DNA of 64,000 nt from Ignavibacteria bacterium RBG_16_34_14 (GTDB taxonomy: Bacteria > Bacteroidota > Ignavibacteria > Ignavibacteriales > Ignavibacteriaceae): positions 2,157 through 66,156 of the forward strand of contig MHAF01000172.1 in assembly GCA_001802865.1 (NCBI GenBank). The letters run 5' to 3'. The position numbers were made by a program, and so were the translations under genes. The notes under the pieces are model-generated. The model saw nothing but the letters and a program-made list of their open reading frames with translations, was not told the origin of the DNA and searched no databases. Of the stretch, positions 27,024-40,598 are shown one piece after another. How positions within the stretch are numbered: the first letter of the stretch is position 1; every line of letters begins with the position of its first letter.

Positions 27024-27767
27024 TTAAAACCTCCCCTGCTTTTCCCATATCTTTACATAAGTTAGCATATTACTTACTGAATAAACAAACGAAATTATTA
27101 ATCCATGCATACCATCTTTAAATCCTTTAAGCGATATATAATATCGGAGGAATGCAGAAACGGCATGAGAAATAATGGTAAAAGCTGTCACTTTATTCTT
27201 CGATTTATAAACTTCTTCGGCTCTTAGAGTTGTATATTCATTTACTTTCTTCAGATAATTATGAAATGAGGAGAATGTATTATGAACAATAACGTTTTTA
27301 AGTATTCCTATTTTTCCATTTACTTTAAATCCCTCATCAACAGATCTTTCAAGCAACTCTGTTTTTGTTCTTTTGAAAAGACGCAATTGAAAATCTTTAT
27401 TCCATCCACAAGTTGTTATCTCTTTACCAAAGAAATAATTTTTTCTTCTTATAAAAAAACCATCCAGACTATCAGGTTCTTTATTAATAATTTCTTCTTT
27501 TAGTTCGGACGATATTCTTTCATCTGCATCAATATTAAAAACCCATTCATAGCTTACAAGGTTGAGGGCATATTTCTTTTGAGGAACATAGCCTTCCCAC
27601 TTTTTTATAAATACTTTATCTGTAAACTTTTTTACGAGTTCAACGGTTTTATCTTCACTTTCTGAATCAACAACAATTATTTCATCAGCCCAACTGATAC
27701 TTTTCAGACATTGCTCAATATTCCTTTCTTCATTTTTTGTAATAACTATTGCAGAAATATTTTTCAT
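27024..27767 (-). CDS. Family 2 glycosyltransferase (LPS core type)
   Basis: SAIVITKNEERNIEQCL...IIVVDSESEDKT and a DADE-type motif (NIDADERI) are present. Confidence 0.8.
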   Translation of the reverse strand: MKNISAIVITKNEERNIEQCLKSISWADEIIVVDSESEDKTVELVKKFTDKVFIKKWEGYVPQKKYALNLVSYEWVFNIDADERISSELKEEIINKEPDSLDGFFIRRKNYFFGKEITTCGWNKDFQLRLFKRTKTELLERSVDEGFKVNGKIGILKNVIVHNTFSSFHNYLKKVNEYTTLRAEEVYKSKNKVTAFTIISHAVSAFLRYYISLKGFKDGMHGLIISFVYSVSNMLTYVKIWEKQGRF

Positions 27768-27779
27768 CAGGATTAACCT

Positions 27780-28784
27780 TCAAAATGAGGAATTAGGGAT
27801 GTTTTTTAACCCGCATCCATGTTTAATTCTTATTTCATCATAAATCTTTTTGTACTTCAAATCATAAATGGCGATATGTGAGTCGTTACCAAAACCGTTA
27901 TCAAAAATTAATAAATCACCTGCCACAAAAAAATTTTTTACACCTCCGCCGCCCCATATCTTTAAAATATCCTTCTGTTCTAAGGAGTAAATAATTAATT
28001 TTGAAATTTCCGGATCTTTAGCGTTCAGGTCTTCATTAATTGGTTTTATTTTGACTGTCGAAAGGAACAAAAATTCATTCTCCCACTCTATCTGCTTAAT
28101 TTGCTGATCGCTTTTGTATATTAATTCCCCTTTTCCATCTTCTATAAGATAAACCCCGATTGAATCATCACCTCTGCTTTCAATTGAATACTTCTGTTTA
28201 GGGGAGAAATAATTTATTTTCTTTTGGGAAAGATGCGGATATCCTTGTTTTGTAATATCAAAAGTTTGAGTAATATCTTCTAACCTCTTTCCGTAAATAT
28301 TATAAAGTATCTTCCTGTGGTTAACATAGTTTGCAACTGTTTTATCAAATGAGTTAATAATGATTTTGAAATCATTCTCGTCTGCCCATTGAGTAAAAAC
28401 CTGCAGTCCATTTCCAATCTTTTCAATAAAGTTTACTCTTCCTGTTTTGGGATTTATTAAATACAACTTAATATTATTGATAAATGGAAATGCCCCTGCC
28501 ATTCCAAAGTTTTTTGAAGTTATGAAAAAAACATTCCGGTTTTTTTCGGAATATGATAACTCAACAACCTCTTCCTTTTCATCTGACCACCAGAGCTTAA
28601 AAGATTTTTTATCAAATTCATACTTATATAAACCGGCTTTATCTTTTATCATTCCCACAAAGAGAAAATCTTTAAGTTTAGGTTCAGTTGAATTAAGATT
28701 GGTTTTTTGTTCCTCTTTTTTATTGTTACAGAACTGAAGGAAAAGAATCGAAAAGACTAAAATAGCAACACGGCAAGATATCAT
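27780..28784 (-). CDS. Hypothetical secreted/lipoprotein, beta-rich
   Basis: A signal peptide ending in FC (lipobox-like LQFCN) is present. No family is recognised. Confidence 0.45.
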   Translation of the reverse strand: MISCRVAILVFSILFLQFCNNKKEEQKTNLNSTEPKLKDFLFVGMIKDKAGLYKYEFDKKSFKLWWSDEKEEVVELSYSEKNRNVFFITSKNFGMAGAFPFINNIKLYLINPKTGRVNFIEKIGNGLQVFTQWADENDFKIIINSFDKTVANYVNHRKILYNIYGKRLEDITQTFDITKQGYPHLSQKKINYFSPKQKYSIESRGDDSIGVYLIEDGKGELIYKSDQQIKQIEWENEFLFLSTVKIKPINEDLNAKDPEISKLIIYSLEQKDILKIWGGGGVKNFFVAGDLLIFDNGFGNDSHIAIYDLKYKKIYDEIRIKHGCGLKNIPNSSF

Positions 28785-29693
28785 TCAGCCTCTTGGATGA
28801 AAATCCCTGTGAACTTGTTTAATATAATCTCTGTCTATGTGAGTATAAATCTGGGTAGTTGAAATGTCAGCGTGTCCAAGCATTTCCTGAACAGCCCTCA
28901 AATCTGCGCCACCTTCAAGGAGATGAGTAGCAAATGTATGCCTGAATGTATGTGGATGAACATCTCTTTCAATTCCAGCTTCTTTTGTATAACGATCAAC
29001 GATTTTCCACACACCCATTCTTGAAAGTTTTGTTCCCCGGTTGTTAAGAAAAACTGCACCTTCACTCTTTAATTTTTTCTCAAGTAAAGGACGGCTTTTC
29101 AAAAGATACTCCTTCGTCCATTTAATTGCACTGCTTCCAATCGGCACTAATCTTTCTTTAGAACCCTTACCAAAAACTCTTATAATCTCTTCATCAAAAA
29201 AAAGATTTGAAATTTTTAGCTCAATTAACTCCGATACTCTCAGACCGCAGGCATAAAGCACTTCAAGCACACTTTTATCGCGAAGGCCAAGTTTATCATC
29301 CACAACAGGTATAGATAATATTTTATCCATCTCTTCAACAGTAAGTACAGATGGAAGGTTTTTAGACAATTTTGGAGGAGAAACTTTCTCTACAGGATTT
29401 GATTCCATATATTTATTTGAAAAAAGATAATTGAAAAATCCTTTTATAGAGGAATAATATCTTGCTGCTGACGTTCTGCTTAATCCTAATTCCTGCAATT
29501 TCTTAAAGAATGAATTAAGCAGCTTATAATTAACCTGCGAAAAATCATTTACCTTTGCCAATTCCAGATAGCCAATTAGAGAAACCAAATCATTCCGGTA
29601 AGATGAAATGGTATTTTCAGATAAATTCTTTTCTAACCTGAGAACGTTCAGGTATTCTTTAAGAAAGATGTTCATACCATTGTCACTGGTCAT
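28785..29693 (-). CDS. Tyrosine recombinase, XerC/XerD family
   Basis: LRDKSVLEVLYACGLRVSELIEL and HPHTFRHTFATHLLEGGADLRAVQEMLGHADISTTQIYTHI carry the R..HxxR..Y catalytic set. Confidence 0.85.
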   Translation of the reverse strand: MTSDNGMNIFLKEYLNVLRLEKNLSENTISSYRNDLVSLIGYLELAKVNDFSQVNYKLLNSFFKKLQELGLSRTSAARYYSSIKGFFNYLFSNKYMESNPVEKVSPPKLSKNLPSVLTVEEMDKILSIPVVDDKLGLRDKSVLEVLYACGLRVSELIELKISNLFFDEEIIRVFGKGSKERLVPIGSSAIKWTKEYLLKSRPLLEKKLKSEGAVFLNNRGTKLSRMGVWKIVDRYTKEAGIERDVHPHTFRHTFATHLLEGGADLRAVQEMLGHADISTTQIYTHIDRDYIKQVHRDFHPRG

Positions 29694-29788
29694 TGGTGGT
29701 CATTCAGTTGTTATCCATAGTTGCTGCATAATTGCTTCTTCCATTCCACATTTTCCATCTTCCATTCTCCATCTTCTATCTTCCGGAC

Positions 29789-31963
29789 CTATTCCCCTTT
29801 CTCAATCTCTTCCTGCTTTGGATATTTAATCCTTTTATGATGCTGCCCAAGCAAAATAGTTATAAAAGCTTCTTTTATTTTATTTATATCATTAAAAGTA
29901 ATAGGAGATTCATCAAGCTGGCCATCTTCAATTCTCGCTTTAAAAATATTATCAATAACATTTTCTACTTTAACTGAGTCGGGATCTTCAATAGATCTTA
30001 CTGCTGATTCACAACTATCAGCAAGCATAATAATAACTGTTTCTTTTGTATTTGGTTTAGGACCAGGATATCTGTAATCAATAATATCTACCTTCTCATC
30101 CCCATAAAGTTTTTTTGCCTTTTCATAAAAGAATGACATCGTCATTGTTCCATGGTGCATCGGGATGAAATCAATAATCTCTTTGGGAATGGCATATTCT
30201 TCTGCTAATTTTTTCCCTTCAGTAACATGCTGAAGGATTAATTTAACGCTCTGTTCAGGTGAAAGATCTTCATGAATATTCCTATTGTTTAACTGGTTCT
30301 CTACAAAATTCTGCGGTATTAATGTTTTACCAATATCGTGGTAATATGCACCAACTCTTGTAAGTAAAGGATTGGCTCCGATTTTTTCAGCAGCGGCTTC
30401 ACCTAATGTTCCTAATGTCATAGAATGATTAAATGTACCGGGTGCTTTCCTTGAAAGATCTTTTAATAAAGGTTTATCAAAATTAGATAGTTCCAGAAGA
30501 GTCAGATCCGTGGTTATTTTAAATAGTCTTTCAAAGAAAATAAGTAAGCCATAAGTAAGCACAGGACTTATTAAGGCGTTGCTGCCGGCAAATGCAAGTT
30601 CAACAAGGATATTATCCCATGATGCAAATCTTTCAAGACCAAATCCTATAACTGTTAAAGTATAACCACTCAGTATAAAAAGAAATGATCTGAATATTTG
30701 AGAACGGTTTTTAATATCACGCACAGTATAAACAGCAAGGGCACCGGCAAAAAGATTCATAACAACAAAAGTGTAATCATTGCCTCTTAAAGCTCCGGCA
30801 ATCAAAACCATAATTACTGTAGAATAAAATCCCACACGCGAATCAAACACAATTGTAAGAAGCATTGATGCTGCAGGAACAAAAATTAAATACTGCATGG
30901 GGGCGTTTATTGTTACATTGTTGATGAGGTAAGTAATAAACGCTATAAAAAGAAAATGAACTGAGATCAGAAGTATTTTCTGGTTATCATGAAATATTCT
31001 TTTCCTGAAAAGGAAAAGATAAATTGTAAGTAGTGTAATTAACGAGGTAATGTGAAGAAAATTCCCTAAGATCTGAATTAAAAATCCTTCCTCGCCTATA
31101 TTTTCTCCCTTAGCAATTTTATATGAATCAATCTTTAACTTAGCTTCTTTTGTAACGCGATCATGTTTTGCGATAATTCTTTCATTCTCATTAACTATAC
31201 CTGTATATCTTGAAACATTGTTTTTTACTTGTTCAATTTCTTCGGCAGTCTGTTCCCGGCTAAAAATAAGGTTAGGAAAAACAAAATGTGTTGCATACTC
31301 AGCAAGTGCACTTTTTATTTCAGATGAATAACCGGTTTTATTTATTAACTTAATCACCTCTTGGCTTGCTTCATTGATAGAAAAAAAATCTTCTGACGTT
31401 TCTATTTTATCTACATTCCCTTCCCTAACAGCAATGTTGTCTTTTTCAGGAACTTCACTCAAGATTCCCTTATTAGTAATCTTGCTTAAAATCTCCTGAA
31501 CTTTGTCGAATAAAGTTTTAAGATTGAATTCTTTCCCCTGCAAAAGATTAACCTCACGTCTCCTCAATCTTAATATTGCATTAAATGATTCTGTACTTAA
31601 AAAGGTAGGATTAATTACAGATGAAGTATCGGAATTGATTGTTTCATCAATTGTCCTTATTAGAAATACATTATATGAATTTAAAGAATCAAGAATTAAT
31701 CCCGAACTTCTTCTATCATTAAGATAAACAGGATAAACACTTTGCTCAGCAGCATGGAGTTGTTCATGATAAACAACCTCATCTTTTATAACCGGGAAAC
31801 TAAATGGGGCAATTAGATCATCGTGAATCCATATTGATCCTACTGCCACTTCAGATTCTATTGATTCACCTCTTGGGAACATAAAAGCAATAGCAAGAAC
31901 TGTAACCAATCCAAGCAGGATCTTTATTCTGAAACTTTTTCTGTAGTTGAATTTGTCCTTCAA
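29789..31963 (-). CDS. 7TM-receptor HD-domain phosphohydrolase (PgpH-like)
   Basis: It has an extracellular N-terminal domain, a 7-TM block and a C-terminal HD domain (HSMTLGTL...YHDIGK...HHG). Confidence 0.8.
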   Translation of the reverse strand: MKDKFNYRKSFRIKILLGLVTVLAIAFMFPRGESIESEVAVGSIWIHDDLIAPFSFPVIKDEVVYHEQLHAAEQSVYPVYLNDRRSSGLILDSLNSYNVFLIRTIDETINSDTSSVINPTFLSTESFNAILRLRRREVNLLQGKEFNLKTLFDKVQEILSKITNKGILSEVPEKDNIAVREGNVDKIETSEDFFSINEASQEVIKLINKTGYSSEIKSALAEYATHFVFPNLIFSREQTAEEIEQVKNNVSRYTGIVNENERIIAKHDRVTKEAKLKIDSYKIAKGENIGEEGFLIQILGNFLHITSLITLLTIYLFLFRKRIFHDNQKILLISVHFLFIAFITYLINNVTINAPMQYLIFVPAASMLLTIVFDSRVGFYSTVIMVLIAGALRGNDYTFVVMNLFAGALAVYTVRDIKNRSQIFRSFLFILSGYTLTVIGFGLERFASWDNILVELAFAGSNALISPVLTYGLLIFFERLFKITTDLTLLELSNFDKPLLKDLSRKAPGTFNHSMTLGTLGEAAAEKIGANPLLTRVGAYYHDIGKTLIPQNFVENQLNNRNIHEDLSPEQSVKLILQHVTEGKKLAEEYAIPKEIIDFIPMHHGTMTMSFFYEKAKKLYGDEKVDIIDYRYPGPKPNTKETVIIMLADSCESAVRSIEDPDSVKVENVIDNIFKARIEDGQLDESPITFNDINKIKEAFITILLGQHHKRIKYPKQEEIEKGE

Positions 31964-32169
31964 GTTAATTTCAATTTTTATTATTGAATATCAGTATTTC
32001 GTATAGATTATAATTACTCTTAACATAGCTTTCTTTAAAGAAAGTTTCAAATAAAAGTATAAAGGTATAGGATATAAGCATATTGATTTATTAAGATTCC
32101 AAAGGCGGCAACACCAGTAAGGTAGGAAATGATTATTATGTTATCGGCAAGATTGCCTTTCAAAAGGAT

Positions 32170-32523
32170 TTAACCTTTTTCGTTTTTCAGTTCTTCAAAT
32201 GCTTCATCAACTGTATCGCATACAGTAAGTACACGATCGAGTTGTGTAATCCTCATAAGAGAGGAAACTTTTTCACTTGGTGCGGCAATTCTCATGCTTC
32301 CACCAGTCGAGTTCAGAATTCTGTTTGCAACAAGGATAGCACTTAAACCGGATGAATCGCAGGACTCAACATCGCTCATATCAATAATAAGCTTTGTAGC
32401 ACCTTCAACTTTAAGAAGCAGGGTAAATTCACCTTTAACCAACCCTGATATATTCGTATCGAGTCTTTTTTCATTCAGTTTGAAAACTGTTATATCATCT
32501 ACTTTTTTTATTTCATAGTTCAT
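32170..32523 (-). CDS. STAS-domain anti-sigma-factor antagonist
   Basis: It is 117 aa, and DMSDVESCDSSGLSAIL is typical of SpoIIAA-like proteins. Confidence 0.75.
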   Translation of the reverse strand: MNYEIKKVDDITVFKLNEKRLDTNISGLVKGEFTLLLKVEGATKLIIDMSDVESCDSSGLSAILVANRILNSTGGSMRIAAPSEKVSSLMRITQLDRVLTVCDTVDEAFEELKNEKG

Positions 32524-33065
32524 TGAGTAAGTCCTGAAAACATTTTAAGGCAATTTAAGAAATTTTCATAAGAAATCTCAGGATTATCTTCCTCATTTAT
32601 TATCTGGAGATTATAAAATTTATCGGCATCCGGTTTGGCAAAACCTATTTTTAACGGAGCTTGAACCAGGTTTGAAGAGTAGCTGTAGAAAAGATTTCCT
32701 TTCCTGTTCAAATCAATAGAAACGTTAAACTGCATACCACTAAGTTTATCAGCCAGCCTTTTGGAAGGAAGTTTCCATTTATTAATATCTCTATCCGAAT
32801 ACTCAATTGCACGCCCCTTGTACTTTTGCGGAAGCAAACTCACTTTAAAGTCTTTTGTCATAACCATTGCACTTTTTTTATAGTCTGCAAGAAAATTCAG
32901 AACAGTAAGAGAATATGTAAAGTCTCTGTCATCTTGCGGCATTGCAATAAAAAAAGTAAAGGCTTTATCGAAAAAATCAGTAAATGTATGCGGTTCAAAG
33001 TGCTGCTCCTTTAGCTGCTTATCAACTACTATTTCAGCAATTTTATTTTTAAGAAAATCAAGCAT
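32520..33065 (-). CDS. Hypothetical protein
   Basis: The 181 aa ORF overlaps the STAS gene by 4 nt. No family is recognised. Confidence 0.4.
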   Translation of the reverse strand: MLDFLKNKIAEIVVDKQLKEQHFEPHTFTDFFDKAFTFFIAMPQDDRDFTYSLTVLNFLADYKKSAMVMTKDFKVSLLPQKYKGRAIEYSDRDINKWKLPSKRLADKLSGMQFNVSIDLNRKGNLFYSYSSNLVQAPLKIGFAKPDADKFYNLQIINEEDNPEISYENFLNCLKMFSGLTQ

Positions 33066-33071
33066 CCGGTT

Positions 33072-35925
<2,854 letters not shown>

Positions 35926-35985
35926 ATAATTTCCTTTAGGTTGCCCTCATGTGTATGAGGTAATTTGGATTAATTGGAAATTTTC

Positions 35986-37350
35986 CTATCCAACTCTCCA
36001 TAGTTTTGCTGCAAATGCACCATCCATCTGGTGAACATGAGGCAATGTTTGAATACATCCGTGTTCATCAATCAGCTCATCAGGGAAAATATCTCTTGCG
36101 TTGATAAGCTGGTAGTTTGAATTATTATTCAGAAACTTTTCAACAATACTGAAATTCTCTTCGGGTTCAATTGAACAGGTAGAATATACAAGATATCCAT
36201 CAGGCTTAACTAGTGTAGCCGCTTTTGTAATATACCTTAGCTGAAATTCATTCATCCTGCTTATATCCAGCAGATCTCTTTTCCATTTGATATCTGGTTT
36301 TTTAGAAAGAGTTCCGGTTCCTGAACAAGGAACATCTGCAAGGACTCTGTCAAACAGACCATTATTAAATTCCATTGCATCGGCAGCAAATATTTTTATT
36401 GATTTAAATCCTAACCTTTCCATATTCTTCTCAAGTAAATTAAGTCTGCCTTCAAATCTGTCTATAGCAGTAATCTCTCCTTCATCGTTCATAAGGCTGG
36501 CTATATAAGCTGTTTTGCCTCCGGGAGCTGCAAACATATCGAGAATTCTCATCCCCTGTTTTACATCAAGCAGTCGGCATGCAAGCCCTGCGCTCTCATC
36601 TTGAACATTGAAATATCCTTTGCTGTAATATTCCCATGCAGTAATGTTTGTCAGGTTTTGGAGTTTAAAAAATTCAGGCAGGTATTTTCCCGGAATAAAC
36701 CGGAGACTAACTGAATCGAGAAGGGATTTAAATTCAACAGGATTTGTTTTAACCGAATTAATTTTAAGAGTAAGAAATGGTTTTTCATTATTTGCATTAA
36801 GAAGTTTTTCTGTCTCTTCTTTACCAAATCTTGTTAGATATCTTTTTACCATCCAGGAAGGATGAGAATAGTAAGCACTGAGATAACCAACTAAATCATC
36901 ACTTGGATCGGGATAGCGGATACCATTTTTGCTTCTTACAATATTTCTTAAAATAGCATTGGTAAGATCAGCAGGTTTCTGCCCCTGAAGTTTTTTTACA
37001 AATTCAACTGCTTCATTAACAGCAGCATAATCGGGGACTCTGTCTAAAAATAAAATCTGGTAGAGAGCAACCCGCAGCCCATTTTTAAGATTTGGAATTG
37101 CTTTTGAGAATTGTCCTTTGTAGAAACCATTCAGTACCCAATCCAGTCTTCCCATCCACCTGATTACGCCATGTACTATTTCATAAAGTAAAGCTTTATC
37201 GGGGCCGCTAAGTTCCGAGTTCTTCATTTCATAATCAAGAAGCTTATCAAGGTAGCTGTCTGTTCTTTCAACACTATTTAAAATTTTTACTGCTAACCCT
37301 CTAACACCTTTGTATAAATCTTTTATTGTATGTTCTTCAAGTTGAGTCAT
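35986..37350 (-). CDS. rsmB: 16S rRNA (cytosine967-C5)-methyltransferase
   Basis: It has a NusB-like N-terminal domain, a SAM site DMFAAPGGKT and catalytic cysteines (DVPCSGTG, YSTCS). Confidence 0.85.
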   Translation of the reverse strand: MTQLEEHTIKDLYKGVRGLAVKILNSVERTDSYLDKLLDYEMKNSELSGPDKALLYEIVHGVIRWMGRLDWVLNGFYKGQFSKAIPNLKNGLRVALYQILFLDRVPDYAAVNEAVEFVKKLQGQKPADLTNAILRNIVRSKNGIRYPDPSDDLVGYLSAYYSHPSWMVKRYLTRFGKEETEKLLNANNEKPFLTLKINSVKTNPVEFKSLLDSVSLRFIPGKYLPEFFKLQNLTNITAWEYYSKGYFNVQDESAGLACRLLDVKQGMRILDMFAAPGGKTAYIASLMNDEGEITAIDRFEGRLNLLEKNMERLGFKSIKIFAADAMEFNNGLFDRVLADVPCSGTGTLSKKPDIKWKRDLLDISRMNEFQLRYITKAATLVKPDGYLVYSTCSIEPEENFSIVEKFLNNNSNYQLINARDIFPDELIDEHGCIQTLPHVHQMDGAFAAKLWRVG

Positions 37351-37354
37351 ATAA

Positions 37355-38623
37355 TCAGTTTGTCATTACACTATTTCGTTCTTTCTCCGTTAGTTCAAAT
37401 ATTTCCCTAAAAAGATTTTCTTCATCTTCACTCATTATTTTATTTCTTCTCCCCATAACTATTTTTGCTGTACTTATACCTTTCTCAACCTCATAAACTT
37501 TTGAGTCATCTGCCCCTCCCCAGGTAAATGATGGTACAAATTTATTTGGGAAACCTGAACTAAATATATTACAGGAGAATCCCACTACTGTACCAGTATT
37601 AAACATAGTATTTATTGCTGATTTGGAATGATCTCCCATAGTTAGCCCTAAAAACCGCGAGCCGCTGTCAATCATTTGTCCGTTTACATAAGTCTTAATA
37701 GTGCTGTAGTTATTTTTTAAATCGCTGTTGTTAGTATCGGCGCCAAGATTTACCCAGCTTCCCAGATATGCATGCCCTATAAATCCTGAATGCTGCTTAT
37801 TACTGTAAGGCATTATAATAACACCTTCAACTTCCCCGCCTACTTTGCAAACTTTGCTAACGCTGGTATTCTCATAAATAGTCGCTGCACTTTTAATCTT
37901 GGATGATTCGCCAATATATGCAGGCCCTTCAATTACAGCGTTAGGAAATATTTCTGCATTTTTATCAATAAAAACAGGACCGTTAGAAGCATCGATTACA
38001 ACTCCCGGTTTAACAACTGCACCTTTCTCAATTATAATTTCTTTCTTGTTAACTAAATGAACCCCATCAAAAATTTCACCCAATATCTTCTTCTGATTCT
38101 TTTTCTTTCTTTTATTGAATTGGATTTCAAACTCTTTAGTTAATTCTTTTCCATTAAGATTTATAATATCCCAGACATAATCGAAGGTTTTAACTTCAAT
38201 CTCTTCAATAGGGATCCCATCAAAATCTTCAATATCAATACAATCTTTAAGATTGTTTTTAAATGATTCTAATTTAGATCCTGATAGAAAAGCAGCGATA
38301 ACAGTATCACCAGAAACATATACAACATTTTCTTTTTTCTTTTTAGAAAAGATTTTAGCAAGATTGCTGTCGGCTACTATTCTACCATTAATAAATAAAC
38401 ATTCATCATCTTCAATAGAATTAATTAAAATGCCGGGATTATTTTGTGCCGAAACATTTTTTAAATAAGCTCTGCAATGTATTGAATGTTTTAAAGATGG
38501 GAATAATCTGAAGATCTTATTTTTTAATGAAGAATATCCGCAAATAAGATCGTATACAGGTCTTGAATAAGTTAATGGTAAAAAGTTGGAAGCTTTTTTA
38601 TCCTCGAAAATACAGAGTCGCAT
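37355..38623 (-). CDS. Putative sugar nucleotidyltransferase with left-handed beta-helix (alternative GlmU-like family)
   Basis: The N-terminus MRLCIFEDKKASNFLPLTYSRPVYDL and the C-terminal hexapeptide repeats match the architecture common in FCB-group genomes. Confidence 0.6.
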   Translation of the reverse strand: MRLCIFEDKKASNFLPLTYSRPVYDLICGYSSLKNKIFRLFPSLKHSIHCRAYLKNVSAQNNPGILINSIEDDECLFINGRIVADSNLAKIFSKKKKENVVYVSGDTVIAAFLSGSKLESFKNNLKDCIDIEDFDGIPIEEIEVKTFDYVWDIINLNGKELTKEFEIQFNKRKKKNQKKILGEIFDGVHLVNKKEIIIEKGAVVKPGVVIDASNGPVFIDKNAEIFPNAVIEGPAYIGESSKIKSAATIYENTSVSKVCKVGGEVEGVIIMPYSNKQHSGFIGHAYLGSWVNLGADTNNSDLKNNYSTIKTYVNGQMIDSGSRFLGLTMGDHSKSAINTMFNTGTVVGFSCNIFSSGFPNKFVPSFTWGGADDSKVYEVEKGISTAKIVMGRRNKIMSEDEENLFREIFELTEKERNSVMTN

Positions 38624-38736
38624 ATTGCCTTTTGGTATAAATTTTATTTACAAATTTAACATTTTTTGGAGTAAGAATCCCCACAGGTTTTATAGATCGG
38701 TTACAAGCTCCCCACAAAACAAGATATATTTTAAAA

Positions 38737-38763
38737 TAAAAAAAGCCAGTGTACAAACTGGCT
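38737..38763 (-). terminator. Rho-independent terminator after rpmE
   Basis: On the minus strand AGCCAGT-TTGTAC-ACTGGCT is followed by TTTTTTT. Confidence 0.7.
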
Positions 38764-38789
38764 TCCTGAATGCCAAAGTAAATTAAAAC

Positions 38790-39035
38790 TTATTTCTTAG
38801 AATATTTCCTTTTGAATTTCTCAACTCTACCAGCCGTATCAACTAGTTTCTGTTTTCCTGTAAAGAATGGATGAGAAGCACTCGAGATTTCCAACTTTAC
38901 AACCGGATATGTCTTTCCATCTTTCCATTCAATTGTGTCTGTAGTTTTAATTGTTGAACGTGTTAATATCGCAAAATCAGCAGAGGCATCCTGAAAAACT
39001 ACAGGCCTGTACTCCGGATGAATTCCCTTTTTCAT
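38790..39035 (-). CDS. rpmE: 50S ribosomal protein L31 (type B, no CxxC zinc motif)
   Basis: MKKGIHPEY...[13 protein letters not shown] is the L31 signature. Confidence 0.9.
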   Translation of the reverse strand: MKKGIHPEYRPVVFQDASADFAILTRSTIKTTDTIEWKDGKTYPVVKLEISSASHPFFTGKQKLVDTAGRVEKFKRKYSKK

Positions 39036-39132
39036 TAGATTCTAACCTTGTTAAATATTCAAAAATGTAGGGCTAAATATATAGATGTTAGAGATGAATT
39101 CCAATGGTAAAAATGTTAAAAATGCTAATAAA

Positions 39133-39702
39133 TCAATTATTCCCGCTGTTTTTCAAAAGCAACTTAAAATGTTCTTTCAATTCATTTAATCTCTGCTGCT
39201 CTTCTTTTGTAAGATTAACCTGCCTGAAGTTTAGTCCATTCTTATTAATCAAATAATAATCATTTGGGAGGTATAAATTGTCATCACTTTTTTGTGGAGT
39301 ATTGGTTTTTTCCTTTCTTAAATCAGCAATATTCGAGTAATCTTCCTCTTTATTTAATTGTTTGGTCTTATTATAATTCACTGGAATATAGATTACTAAC
39401 ATCTTTCCCGGATCTATAACATCTTCGCGGACTGTTGGTTCCATTAACAATGGATTTTCAGAATCATTATTTATACTTAAAATAAATAACAAAACAACAG
39501 CACTAACAGCAAGAGCCGCAGAAGGAATTAATCTTGACGGTAAAAATAATCTCTTCCAAAAACTTTGTTTCTCTTTATAAGTTTCAGAATTAATTCTTCT
39601 CATTAAGTCAGATTCAAAGTTCCTTGGAGCGTTAACTTTTGGAAGACCTTTAAGTGTATCTATAACATTCTTATATTTTAGTTCATCATCATTAAGTGCC
39701 AT
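39133..39702 (-). CDS. Putative anti-sigma factor (single-pass membrane protein)
   Basis: It lies immediately downstream of the ECF sigma gene and has a central TM helix (LIPSAALAVSAVVLLFIL). Confidence 0.5.
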   Translation of the reverse strand: MALNDDELKYKNVIDTLKGLPKVNAPRNFESDLMRRINSETYKEKQSFWKRLFLPSRLIPSAALAVSAVVLLFILSINNDSENPLLMEPTVREDVIDPGKMLVIYIPVNYNKTKQLNKEEDYSNIADLRKEKTNTPQKSDDNLYLPNDYYLINKNGLNFRQVNLTKEEQQRLNELKEHFKLLLKNSGNN

Positions 39703-39707
39703 AGCAG

Positions 39708-40298
39708 CTATTCCTTATAAATATCCTTTAACATTTCCTGCAGTTGAGCCCTGCCTCTATTAATTCTTGATTTTACTGTACCAATATTTAAGCCCGTTAT
39801 TTCGGAAATCTCTTCATAAGAGAGATCTTGTACATCACGAAGTATCACAACTTCTCTATATGCTTTTGAAACTTTCTGCAATGCATCCTGTATAATTTTA
39901 TCTTTAATTCCACTGTCGGTTATGTTATCGGGGCGATAACTTTCATCAGGTATGTCGTAAGTTTCATTCTTTCCTTCACCATCCGCATTTATTGAAAATG
40001 CTTTTCTCCTTTTCCTTCTCTGGTATTCTGTCCGTGCTAAATTTCCTGCAATAGTATAAATCCAGGTTGAGAATTTTGCAATCGAGCTATATGAATCTTT
40101 ATATCTGTAAACTTTTATCATTGTGTCCTGAACTATATCTACACAAACGTCATAATCGCCAATAAATCTAAACACGTAGTTTGTTAAAGGATTTTTATAT
40201 CTCTGAACCAGGATTTCAAAAGCTTTTATTGTATTGTTCCGTTGAAATTCAATGATCAATTCTTCATCAGAAAGATCATTAAGATTTTTATCCGTCAA
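39708..40298 (-). CDS. ECF-type RNA polymerase sigma-70 family factor
   Basis: It has a region 2 (FSTWIYTIAGNLARTEYQRR) and a region 4 HTH (LSYEEISEITGLNIGTVKSRINRGR). The start codon is TTG. Confidence 0.85.
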   Translation of the reverse strand: MTDKNLNDLSDEELIIEFQRNNTIKAFEILVQRYKNPLTNYVFRFIGDYDVCVDIVQDTMIKVYRYKDSYSSIAKFSTWIYTIAGNLARTEYQRRKRRKAFSINADGEGKNETYDIPDESYRPDNITDSGIKDKIIQDALQKVSKAYREVVILRDVQDLSYEEISEITGLNIGTVKSRINRGRAQLQEMLKDIYKE

Positions 40299-40598
40299 CT
40301 CGGTTTATACTTTCGGGTTTGTTAATTGTTTCCAGAATTAGACAATAAATTAATTAAAAACTTTGCCAAAGGCATGGATTTGCCATAATAATCGGAAATG
40401 AATCTAATTTTAAACTTTACAGAGGGACTTAACTGTCTATTAAACTGGAAACTATTTACATGACAACCCACGATAAGCCAAGGGTAAATTTAGATTATAC
40501 GGGTGCTACACTTCAGGGGAAAGTAAAAGAAAATATTAATCCATCTGCAATTTTAATGACAAATAAAATTCCCTCTTAAAGTCCGAAGGATATTTCTA

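Noticed and set aside
28785-29693. Tyrosine recombinase as a marker of a mobile element
   Set aside because: It has the size and motifs of housekeeping XerC/XerD. It is embedded in core genes, and I could see no flanking repeats or cargo.
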